Shown here piece after piece: positions 7,941 to 16,106 of a stretch of 32,000 nucleotides of DNA. The notes beneath the pieces were generated by a model, which saw nothing but the letters and a program-made list of their open reading frames with translations, was not told where the DNA came from and ran no database searches. Each line of letters opens with the position of its first letter. Position 1 is the first letter of the stretch. The stretch lies in contig NC_003450.3 in assembly GCF_000011325.1 (NCBI RefSeq), positions 2,160,001 through 2,192,000 on the forward strand, read 5' to 3'. This DNA comes from Corynebacterium glutamicum ATCC 13032 (GTDB taxonomy: Bacteria > Actinomycetota > Actinomycetes > Mycobacteriales > Mycobacteriaceae). The position numbers and the translations under genes were made by a program.

Positions 7941-9584
7941 TTACTTCTTACCGAAGTCTAGGTTGTTGAGATCTATGTTCTCCATGCCTTTAGGCGGCTT
8001 TGGCATGCCCGGGAGTCCGCCACCAAGGCCTCCCATACCGCCACCTGCTCCACCAAGCTGCTTCTGTAGTTCAGCAAGGTCAGGCATTCCGGCTCCACCC
8101 ATACCCGGCATCCCAGGCATTCCTGGCATACCGCCCATTGGCATCTTTGGCTGGGTTGGGCCCTTCTTGGCTGGTTTACGCTTGCCGTTCTTACCCTTGC
8201 GGCCCTTGGCTTGCTTCTTGGTTGCACTGCGGGATCCAGGACCCATGCCAAACTGGCCAGCCATTTGACCCATCATCTTGCGAGCCTCGAAGAAGCGTTC
8301 AACAAGTTTGTTTACTTCGGACACGGTCACACCGGAACCGTTGGCGATGCGCTTGCGCCTGGAAGCGTTGAGGATCTTTGGATTATCGCGCTCGGCCGGG
8401 GTCATACCGCGGATAATCGCCTGGATGCGGTCGAGTTGCTTCTCATCAACCATGTCCGCCATTTGGGACATCTGCTTGCCACCAGGCAGCATCTTGAGGA
8501 TGTTGCCGATTGGTCCCATGCGGCGGATCATCAGCATTTGGTCAAGGAAGTCTTCCAGGGTGAGCTCGCCGGAGCCCAACTTCTGGGCAGCGACCTCTGC
8601 CTTTTCCTGATCCATGACTGCTTCGGCCTGCTCGATGAGTGACAGTACGTCACCCATGCCCAGGATTCGGCTGGCCATGCGCTCTGGGTGGAAGACGTCG
8701 AAGTCGTCGAGTTTTTCACCAGTGGAGGCAAACATGATGGGCTTGCCGGTGACTTCACGGATGGATAGTGCAGCACCACCGCGGGCGTCGCCATCAAGCT
8801 TGGTCAGGACAACACCGGTGAAGTCGACGCCGTCGCGGAATGCTTCGGCGGTGTCTACGGCGTCTTGACCAATCATGGAGTCAATGACAAAGAGCACTTC
8901 ATCAGGGTTGATGGCTTCGCGGATGTTGCGTGCCTGAGTCATCAGGGTTTCATCGATACCGAGGCGACCTGCGGTATCCACGATCACGATGTCGTGCTGG
9001 GTGCGCTTGGCTTCTTCGATACCTGCGCGCGCTACCTCGACTGGATCACCGTGGGAGGTGCCCATTTCGTGCTCGAGGGAGTCGATGCTGGTGCCTGGAT
9101 CCGGTGCGAAAGTGGTAACGCCTGCGCGTTCACCCACAATTTGCAGCTGCTGAACTGCGCCTGGACGCTGAAGGTCACAGGCAACAAGCATAGGAGTGTG
9201 ACCCTGCTTGACCAGGTGCTTGGACAGTTTACCTGCGAGGGTGGTCTTACCTGCACCCTGCAGACCTGCCAGCATGATGACGGTCGGTGGGTTTTTGGCC
9301 AGTGACAGTCGGCGGGTTTCGCCACCGAGGATCTGAACCAGTTCCTCGTTGACGATCTTGATGACTTGCTGCGCGGGGTTGAGTGCCTGAGAAACTTCTG
9401 CACCAACGGCGCGTTCCTTGATTCGGTTAATGAAGGCACGAACAACCGTTAATGAAACGTCAGCTTCCAGCAGCGCGAGACGGATCTCGCGTGTGGTTGC
9501 ATTGATGTCTGCCTCGGTGAGCTTTCCTTTGCCGCGCAGGCCGGAAAGCGCGCTATTCAACCGATCGGACAGTGACTCAAACAC
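7941..9584 (-). CDS. ffh: Signal recognition particle protein Ffh.
   Basis: The sequence has MFESLSDRLNSALSGLRGKGKLTEADI, the GTPase P-loop GLQGAGKTT, DTAGR and TKLDGDARGG. The M-domain ends in a Met/Gly/Pro-rich tail. The start is GTG, with GGGAG 7 nt upstream. Confidence 0.97.
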   Translation of the reverse strand: MFESLSDRLNSALSGLRGKGKLTEADINATTREIRLALLEADVSLTVVRAFINRIKERAVGAEVSQALNPAQQVIKIVNEELVQILGGETRRLSLAKNPPTVIMLAGLQGAGKTTLAGKLSKHLVKQGHTPMLVACDLQRPGAVQQLQIVGERAGVTTFAPDPGTSIDSLEHEMGTSHGDPVEVARAGIEEAKRTQHDIVIVDTAGRLGIDETLMTQARNIREAINPDEVLFVIDSMIGQDAVDTAEAFRDGVDFTGVVLTKLDGDARGGAALSIREVTGKPIMFASTGEKLDDFDVFHPERMASRILGMGDVLSLIEQAEAVMDQEKAEVAAQKLGSGELTLEDFLDQMLMIRRMGPIGNILKMLPGGKQMSQMADMVDEKQLDRIQAIIRGMTPAERDNPKILNASRRKRIANGSGVTVSEVNKLVERFFEARKMMGQMAGQFGMGPGSRSATKKQAKGRKGKNGKRKPAKKGPTQPKMPMGGMPGMPGMPGMGGAGMPDLAELQKQLGGAGGGMGGLGGGLPGMPKPPKGMENIDLNNLDFGKK

Positions 9585-9611
9585 GAATGAACTCCCAGTA
9601 GGTTCTAGAGT

Positions 9612-9652
9612 GCGGGGTTGCTAATCCCTACATGTTAGCCGGTTGCCCCCGC
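9612..9652 (-). terminator. Hairpin between the glnD stop and the ffh start; possible operon-end structure without a U-tract.
   Basis: GCGGGG (9612-9617) pairs with CCCCGC (9647-9652), and there is an inner GCTAA/TTAGC pairing. No T-run follows on the minus strand. Confidence 0.3.
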
Positions 9653-9662
9653 TCAGGTCACG

Positions 9663-11741
9663 TCAGCTACCTGCCAACGACCTGACTACGGAGCGTTCCA
9701 CCGTTGCTCGATCGAAGCCGGGCTTCAGTGCTGCCTGGATAATCAGGGTCGCACCGCGGGTCACAGCGTTGATCCAGAGGGCATCGGGCAATGTTCTGAG
9801 CAGGGCAAAAATAGCTCCTGTGCGAAGCTCAGTGCGCACTTCTAAAGTGTTCCCGTGCCAAAATGTGGCTGTTATCCCAAGTGCTGGAATGGGAACCTCG
9901 GAAAACACACCGGATTGATATGCCTGCAGGAAATGCTGCGGATCAAAATCTTGGGGGCCGTTTGCGCGGACATCAAATTCCGCACTCCATTGACCATTGG
10001 CCAGCATGCGCGCCGCGGTGATTGTCCATCCTTTGGCATAAATTACGCCAAGAATCCGATGTAAGTCTTCGCCGTGCCATTGCACTGTGAACACGCCATC
10101 GCGTTCCACCAAACCAATTTCACTACGTGGCGCAATCATCGGCGCAACCGGGCGAATATCGGTGAGGCGATCACGCGCACGCTTGCACACAATCCGCAGC
10201 GCATGCTCCAAACGCGCCGTCCACACGCCAGGCCCCGTGGCTTTCGCATCAGCTTCTGTTAGCACCTCAAGCAGATTCAATGTCACCAGGTCATACCTAA
10301 CAGCATCAAGCAGCTTATCGACGGCGCCCTCCGAGGAGGGATCAAGGCGCGCGGCGATTTTGGCCACCGCGGTGTGCTCGGCGACCAGCGTTTGCACGCT
10401 GGCACGATCGCGAAGGTTCAATCCCATGCGGCTTGCAGCCCTCGCCACCATCTCTGCACCTACTTGTTCGTGTGGACGCGGGAAGCCCTTGCCAATGTCG
10501 TGGTACAAGGCTCCCAAAACTAAAAGATCGGGGCGCGCGACGGTCACAGTTTCTAGCGCACATCCTGCAACAGTGTTCAGACTATGTTCATCGATGGTGG
10601 AAATATGGCTGGGTTCACGGGGCATAAGCCCTTTGATGCGGTCCCATTCTGGAACAAAACGCGACCACAATCCGTGGCGATCCATATTTTTCACCACTCG
10701 GCGTGAGTTTTTCGGACTGGAGAGAATCCGAAAGAAGTCCCCTGCTGCATTGGCAGGCCATGGCTCAGGAAGTGGCGGGCATTCATTAAGTCGAACCCAG
10801 GTTGATTCTGCCACCGGAAGTCCGGTGGTTGCTGCGGCTGCGGCCACTCGAAGTGGAAGTGCGGGATCATTAAGATCTGGTTTTTTGGACAATTCGATGG
10901 TGCCGTTGGCGTCGACGACATCAAGATCAAGTGGGCGTCGAGAAGCATTCCTGAATGCAAAACCTGTGCGACGTGGCAAAATGCCACGGGCGGTGGCCAG
11001 CGCGGTGGTCAGGCCATCATCAATGGCGCGGGCTGCATCGGCGATCTCCCGGCCCAGGTGATAGCGGTCAACAAAGCCCAAATCCATGGCCACATCCACC
11101 GCAAATTCGGGGTCAAGGACGTCGCGGGAGCGTCGCGCGTGGACGTGCAGCAAGGTGCGGGCGTCGAGAAGCAGCTGGTGTTGCGCATCAAGCTGTGGAA
11201 GGTTGCATAGGTGGCCGAGCGCGAGGGCCTTGATCAGTTCGAAATCGCGCAGCCCTCCCCTGCCGTGTTTAAGATCTGGCCGCGTCATTGCCACGACGGG
11301 TCCGGAGCGGCGCCAACGGGCAATCGCGGTGTCCACAACGGCATCGAAGTTTTTGTTGAGTTCCTGGCGCCACTTCTCCACGATGCGCCGGCGCGTTTTG
11401 GCACACAGATCCTCATCGCCAGCGACAAACCGCAGGTCAAGCATGGCAAGGGCTGCAGTGGAATCCGCAGAAATCATAGCCACACACTCATCTGGGGTGC
11501 GCACGGAGTAGTCGAGACGCTTTTTTGCGTCCCAAATCGGGTACCACAAATCCTCCACGCCATCCGGGGTGGCTCCTGGTGGATGGATCAAAATGAGGTC
11601 CAAATCGGAATACGGCGTGAGTTCGGACCTGGCCAAAGATCCGGTGGCGGCAAGCGCGGTGCCGGCGGGTAAAACCAAAGAGCCCAGCAACGCCAGGACT
11701 TCCTTTTCAGTATCTTGGCGCAGCTGGGCTGGATTATTCAT
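9663..11741 (-). CDS. glnD: PII uridylyl/adenylyl-transferase GlnD.
   Basis: The 692-aa product has an N-terminal nucleotidyltransferase block (GSLARSELTPYSDLDLILIH) and an HD domain (LGALYHDIGKG). It lies immediately downstream of glnK with a 6-nt gap. Confidence 0.93.
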   Translation of the reverse strand: MNNPAQLRQDTEKEVLALLGSLVLPAGTALAATGSLARSELTPYSDLDLILIHPPGATPDGVEDLWYPIWDAKKRLDYSVRTPDECVAMISADSTAALAMLDLRFVAGDEDLCAKTRRRIVEKWRQELNKNFDAVVDTAIARWRRSGPVVAMTRPDLKHGRGGLRDFELIKALALGHLCNLPQLDAQHQLLLDARTLLHVHARRSRDVLDPEFAVDVAMDLGFVDRYHLGREIADAARAIDDGLTTALATARGILPRRTGFAFRNASRRPLDLDVVDANGTIELSKKPDLNDPALPLRVAAAAATTGLPVAESTWVRLNECPPLPEPWPANAAGDFFRILSSPKNSRRVVKNMDRHGLWSRFVPEWDRIKGLMPREPSHISTIDEHSLNTVAGCALETVTVARPDLLVLGALYHDIGKGFPRPHEQVGAEMVARAASRMGLNLRDRASVQTLVAEHTAVAKIAARLDPSSEGAVDKLLDAVRYDLVTLNLLEVLTEADAKATGPGVWTARLEHALRIVCKRARDRLTDIRPVAPMIAPRSEIGLVERDGVFTVQWHGEDLHRILGVIYAKGWTITAARMLANGQWSAEFDVRANGPQDFDPQHFLQAYQSGVFSEVPIPALGITATFWHGNTLEVRTELRTGAIFALLRTLPDALWINAVTRGATLIIQAALKPGFDRATVERSVVRSLAGS

Positions 11742-11747
11742 AAGTTT

Positions 11748-12140
<393 letters not shown>

Positions 12141-12150
12141 TTAAACAAAC

Positions 12151-13467
12151 TTAACGAATTTCCGGACCCGTGGTGTCATAAGCGGATTCTGCGTGTTCGT
12201 GAGTATCAATGCCTTGCTGCTCCACATCATCATCAACGCGCCATCCTACTGTGGCCTTCAGGGCGAATGCGATGAGCGCAGTAATCACACCTGCGAAAAC
12301 TACAGCGACTAGCGCGATGACGATCTGGACAATAAAGAGTTTAAGTCCATCCATGCCACCACCACTAAACCATCCGATGTCAGTGGCAAGAAGTCCTACA
12401 CCCACGGTGCCCCACAGGCCAGCGACCAGGTGCACACCAACTACGTCGAGGGAGTCATCGAAACCGAAGCGGTACTTCAGCCCCACGCCCAAGCACGCCA
12501 AGATGCCGCCGATTGCACCGAGGATCAGGGAGGTCACTGGGGTCAGTGCGCCAGCTGCTGGAGTAATTGCGACCAGACCGGCGACGACACCAGAAGCAGC
12601 ACCCAAGGAGGTTGCGTGTCCATCGCGGAATTTTTCAGTAGCCAACCAGCCAAGCATCGCAGCTGCGGTTGCCGCCGTGGTGTTCACCCAGGCCAGGCCC
12701 GCAAGGCCGTCGGCTGCGAACGCCGAGCCACCGTTGAACCCGAACCAACCAAACCACAACAGCGCAGCGCCGAGCATGACCATGGGCAGGTTGTGCGGCC
12801 TGGCAATTGCCTTGCCAAACGTCTTTCGCTTGCCGACGATAAAAGCCAGCACAAGGGCCGCTGTGCCCGCCGAAATGTGAACAACGGTACCACCAGCAAA
12901 GTCGATCGGAGCGATATTGGCTTCACCATCGGTAGAACCAAACAACCACGAAGCAAAACCAGTGACATTATGGCCCAACAATCCGCCACCCCACACCATG
13001 TGTGCCAGTGGGAAGTACACCAAAGTCACCCACGCGCCGCTGAAAATAAGCCAGGTGGAAAACTTCACACGCTCTGCCAACGCACCGGAGATCAGTGCAG
13101 TGGAGATAACGGCGAAGGTAAGCTGGAATCCGATATCAATAATGTTTGGGTAGCCAGCTGCGCCCTCAATGTAGTTGCCGTCTGCATCAACGATGGAATC
13201 TTTAAGACCGAAGAACTCAAAAGGGTTAGCAAAGATTCCCGCGATTGATTGGGTTCCATAAGACATCGACCATCCCCACAAGAGGTAAATAACAGTAACG
13301 ACGCCCAATGCTCCAAAGGACATCATCATCATGTTGAGCACGGACTTTTGACGAGACATGCCGCCATAGAAAAGTGCCAGTGCTGGTGTCATTAGCAGCA
13401 CGAGCGACGCGGACATCAGCATCCAAGCTGAATTGCCGGAGACTGCTGCAATTTGATCTGCACCCAT
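12151..13467 (-). CDS. amtB: Ammonium transporter AmtB.
   Basis: This is an Amt/MEP family protein (NSAWMLMSASLVLLMTPALALFYGGM...DFAGGTVVHISAG...GVHLVAGLWG). I prefer ATG 13467 as the start because AAGGAGG lies 11 nt upstream. The maximal ORF runs to 13515. Confidence 0.93.
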   Translation of the reverse strand: MGADQIAAVSGNSAWMLMSASLVLLMTPALALFYGGMSRQKSVLNMMMMSFGALGVVTVIYLLWGWSMSYGTQSIAGIFANPFEFFGLKDSIVDADGNYIEGAAGYPNIIDIGFQLTFAVISTALISGALAERVKFSTWLIFSGAWVTLVYFPLAHMVWGGGLLGHNVTGFASWLFGSTDGEANIAPIDFAGGTVVHISAGTAALVLAFIVGKRKTFGKAIARPHNLPMVMLGAALLWFGWFGFNGGSAFAADGLAGLAWVNTTAATAAAMLGWLATEKFRDGHATSLGAASGVVAGLVAITPAAGALTPVTSLILGAIGGILACLGVGLKYRFGFDDSLDVVGVHLVAGLWGTVGVGLLATDIGWFSGGGMDGLKLFIVQIVIALVAVVFAGVITALIAFALKATVGWRVDDDVEQQGIDTHEHAESAYDTTGPEIR

Positions 13468-13564
13468 AGCGTGGATGACCTCCTTTGACGTTGAAGTTTT
13501 GTCAAGCTTTTTCATGAGTTCAAGGAGTGCCTTTTGGGATTGACACCCCTTGAACCAGCTCTAA

Positions 13565-13645
13565 CTATAGACCTACAGAAACTAATTTCAATAGATCTAT
13601 AGAATAGGTTTTGGAGGGTTTTGGATATTTTCTATAGTTTAACAG
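13565..13645 (-). promoter_or_regulatory. amtB-glnK-glnD control region with three AmtR-type (CTAT-N6-ATAG-like) operator candidates.
   Basis: The candidates are CTATAGACCTACAG (13565-13578), ATAGATCTATAGAATAG (13591-13607) and CTATAGTTTAACAG (13632-13645). The published AmtR box consensus in C. glutamicum is tttCTATN6AtAGat/aA. Confidence 0.6.
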
Positions 13646-13696
13646 GTAATTTAATGAATTGTTAAGTGCATCACAGCTGCTTTTTGGTGGTACCCA

Positions 13697-13739
13697 GGCA
13701 AAAGAAAACCACCTGCCAGACAACATCCGACAGGTGGTT
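13697..13739 (-). terminator. ftsY rho-independent terminator.
   Basis: AACCACCTG (13707-13715) pairs with CAGGTGGTT (13731-13739). On the minus strand the hairpin is followed by TTTTCTTTTG. Confidence 0.75.
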
Positions 13740-13755
13740 CTCGCTTATCGGGTTT

Positions 13756-15504
13756 CTAGCCCAGCAAAGCGTCCACGAAGCCCTCAACCTCAAACGGTGC
13801 CAAATCATCCGCACCTTCACCAAGACCAACAAGCTTCACAGGAACACCCAACTCTTCCTGCACCTGGAACACGATTCCGCCCTTCGCAGTACCATCCAGC
13901 TTGGTCAACACCACACCCGTAATATCCACAACTTCACGGAAAATACGAGCCTGCTGCATACCGTTCTGACCAACCGTGGCATCCAAAACCAGCAGCACTT
14001 CATCCACCACTGCCTTCTTCTCCACCACGCGCTTAACCTTGCCCAACTGATCCATCAAACCAGTCGACGTGTGCAAACGACCCGCAGTGTCAACCAAAAC
14101 GACATCCGCCTGACGCTCAACACCCTTAGCCACAGCATCAAACGCAATAGATGCAGGATCCGCGCCCTCAGCGCCACGAACAGTCTCCGCACCCACACGG
14201 CGACCCCACGTCTCCAACTGATCCGCAGCCGCCGCACGGAACGTATCCGCAGCACCAAGAATCACCTTATGACCCATGGACACCAACACACGAGCAAGCT
14301 TGCCAGTAGTCGTCGTCTTACCGGTACCGTTCACACCAACAACCAACACCACCGCTGGCTTACCCTCATACGGCATAGCCTTAATGGAGCGATCAAGGTC
14401 AGGACGGCAAGCATCAATCAGCGAAGCACGCAGCATCGCACGCGCCTCTGCCTCACTACCAACACCATGCTCTGCGATCTTGTCACGCAGCTCATCCACC
14501 ACACGCGCAGTGATCTTGGCGCCCAAATCCGCCTTGATCAACATCGCTTCGATGTCTTCCCATGCGTCTTCATCCAAGTCACCCGCAGACAAAATGCCCA
14601 ACACTGACTTACCGAAAACACTCTGTGACCGAGAAAGACGACCACGCAGCTTACCGATACGACCCGCCGCCGGCACGATCTCATCAATAGGCTCCGCAGC
14701 TGGCTCCGGCTCCACATCTGGAACTGGAGTTTCCTCCAGCGCAGCTTCCGCAGATTCCACAGCAACCTGAGCAGCCTCTGCAGCCTCGGTGACCTCAGCA
14801 ACTGCCGCAAGTTCTTCAACTGCAGGTTCTTCGATTGTTTCGGGAACTTCCGCTACTGCAGGTTCCTCAACAACTGCAGGTTCCTCTGCTACTGCAGGTT
14901 CCTCAACAATTGCTGGTTCCTCTGCTACTGCAGGTTCCTCTGCTACTGCAGGTTCCTCTGCTACTGCAGGTTCCTCAACAATTGCTGGTTCCTCTGCTAC
15001 TGCAGGTTCTTCAACAACTGCTGGCTCTTCAGTTTCGACCTCTGGCTCAACAGCGACAACTTCTTTAACCTCAGGCTCCTTAACTTCTGGTTCCTCGACA
15101 ACATCATCAGAGGTTTCTGGTTCAGGAGTTGCAGGTGCTTCTTCAGCAGGCTTTTGAGCTGCGAAAGTTTCAGTCGATTGCTCCGGCGCCTTTTCCTCTT
15201 CAGGAGCTGCCGGCGGAATAACTACTGGTGGAACAATCGGTGTTGTTTCAGCCTTTGGTGCGCCAAGATCTTGGCCTTCACGCAGCACTGGCTCTTCTGT
15301 TTGTTTAGCTGGGGCGAAGTTGAATCCACCTTGGGCTTGGTAATTTCCAGACTTCTCTTGCTGGGTTAGTTCTTTTTTATTCTCTTCAGGTTTTTCAAAA
15401 CTAACGGTCTTTGATTTACCTCGCTGATTTCCTACGATCAATACAATGATGATCGCGAGAACCACGAGGACTACTAGTCCAATGATCCAAAAAGTCGCAT
15501 CCAT
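13756..15504 (-). CDS. ftsY: SRP receptor FtsY with an N-terminal TM helix and a long acidic Glu/Pro/Ala/Val repeat domain.
   Basis: The C-terminal NG domain has VVGVNGTGKTTTTGKLA, DTAGRLH and TKLDGTAKGG. The N-terminus is MDATFWIIGLVVLVVLAIIIVLIV. The start is taken at ATG 15504; the maximal ORF starts at GTG 15540. Confidence 0.95.
   Translation of the reverse strand: MDATFWIIGLVVLVVLAIIIVLIVGNQRGKSKTVSFEKPEENKKELTQQEKSGNYQAQGGFNFAPAKQTEEPVLREGQDLGAPKAETTPIVPPVVIPPAAPEEEKAPEQSTETFAAQKPAEEAPATPEPETSDDVVEEPEVKEPEVKEVVAVEPEVETEEPAVVEEPAVAEEPAIVEEPAVAEEPAVAEEPAVAEEPAIVEEPAVAEEPAVVEEPAVAEVPETIEEPAVEELAAVAEVTEAAEAAQVAVESAEAALEETPVPDVEPEPAAEPIDEIVPAAGRIGKLRGRLSRSQSVFGKSVLGILSAGDLDEDAWEDIEAMLIKADLGAKITARVVDELRDKIAEHGVGSEAEARAMLRASLIDACRPDLDRSIKAMPYEGKPAVVLVVGVNGTGKTTTTGKLARVLVSMGHKVILGAADTFRAAAADQLETWGRRVGAETVRGAEGADPASIAFDAVAKGVERQADVVLVDTAGRLHTSTGLMDQLGKVKRVVEKKAVVDEVLLVLDATVGQNGMQQARIFREVVDITGVVLTKLDGTAKGGIVFQVQEELGVPVKLVGLGEGADDLAPFEVEGFVDALLG
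14851..15030. repeat. In-frame 18-bp tandem repeat (about 10 copies) inside ftsY, encoding EEPAVA / EEPAIV hexapeptides.
   Basis: On the + strand CTACTGCAGGTTCCTCTG and variants (..CAACAATTGCTGGTTCCT..) repeat head to tail. The protein reads EEPAVVEEPAVAEEPAIVEEPAVAEEPAVAEEPAVAEEPAIVEEPAVAEEPAVVEEPAVAE. Confidence 0.9.
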
Positions 15505-15796
15505 ACCCTCTATAGTGGCAGGTTTGACCCCGATGCACACAGGTACCCCACGTTAAATGTGGTGAAACTCTTGCTTTCATGGAGTCGAGGTCGCCGAAAT
15601 GGGGTCTCGTTTTCGCTTTTGGAGCGAAACGATTCCAGTTTGAGCAGGTCAGAAGGCCTGACTCCCCCAGCGCCGTTTTAAGCCACTCATTTTATAGAAC
15701 GAGTGTTTGTATCGGCAAAGTCGTTCTATGCCGTTAGAAGCGAATCTGTTGAGTCGACTTTTTGGGTCCAGGTGCCAGAAATTGGGGTAGACCAAA

Positions 15797-16075
15797 CCTG
15801 AATGCCCAAGAATCCTAAATGTGAAGTTCGTGGGCATCTGTGTCCGATTTGAAGCCCTGAAAACCACACTAGAATGCCCAAGATCTAGAAATCAGCGTTT
15901 GGTGGGCACTGTGGTTTGGTCTCGGCTTGCCAATACCCAATCAGACCAGACAAGCATGCCAACGAATCTGAAATTCCACTGTTTTTGTCACGTGTGTCCG
16001 GTTTATCAAACAAAAAACCGGACAGGCGTGCCAAAACTTCCGACAAATCGAAAATCTTGTCACGCCTGTCTGGTG
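15797..16075. repeat. Four tandem degenerate units (spacing 72, 82 and 72 bp) in the ftsY / orphan-gene gap. Each has an (A/G)TGCC(C)AA head, a divergent centre and a GTCAC/GGGCA..TGTSY tail that can pair with the head.
   Basis: The heads are ATGCCCAAGAATC (15802), ATGCCCAAGATCT (15874), ATGCCAACGAATC (15956) and GTGCCAAAACTTC (16028). Units 15949-15998 and 16021-16070 are both 50 nt and match at 31 of 50 positions. The outer 14 nt at each end match at 12 of 14, while the centre has diverged. Confidence 0.7.
16008..16070 (-). terminator. Candidate terminator of the orphan gene.
   Basis: On the minus strand GACAGGCGTG pairs with CACGCCTGTC (16070-16061 and 16030-16021), a perfect 10-bp stem with a 30-nt loop containing an inner GACAA/TTGTC pairing. 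It is followed directly by CGGTTTTTTG. Confidence 0.5.
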
Positions 16076-16106
16076 CCCGCTAGGTGCCCTCCGATGAAAT
16101 CAGGGA

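Noticed and set aside
10087-11061. Long antisense ORFs inside glnD (324 aa). The same phenomenon occurs inside amtB (12209-13248), ftsY (13666-14607), the orphan gene (16402-17106) and smc (20541-21883).
   Set aside because: They are rich in Arg, Ser, Ala and Pro and have low complexity, which is typical of stop-poor antisense frames in GC-rich coding DNA. The opposite strand carries unambiguous conserved proteins, and I saw no SD motifs.
15982-15998. A parS-like or other palindromic loading site near smc (TGTCACGTGTGTC).
   Set aside because: Only the central CACGTG matches the TGTTTCACGTGAAACA parS consensus, and the flanks do not match.
14851-16075. Possible CRISPR array, considering the regular repeats in ftsY and in the 15.8-16.1 kb gap.
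   Set aside because: The 18-bp ftsY repeats are contiguous and in-frame coding sequence with no spacers. The gap units are degenerate (about 60% identity) rather than identical repeats separated by unique spacers. There are no cas genes in the window.
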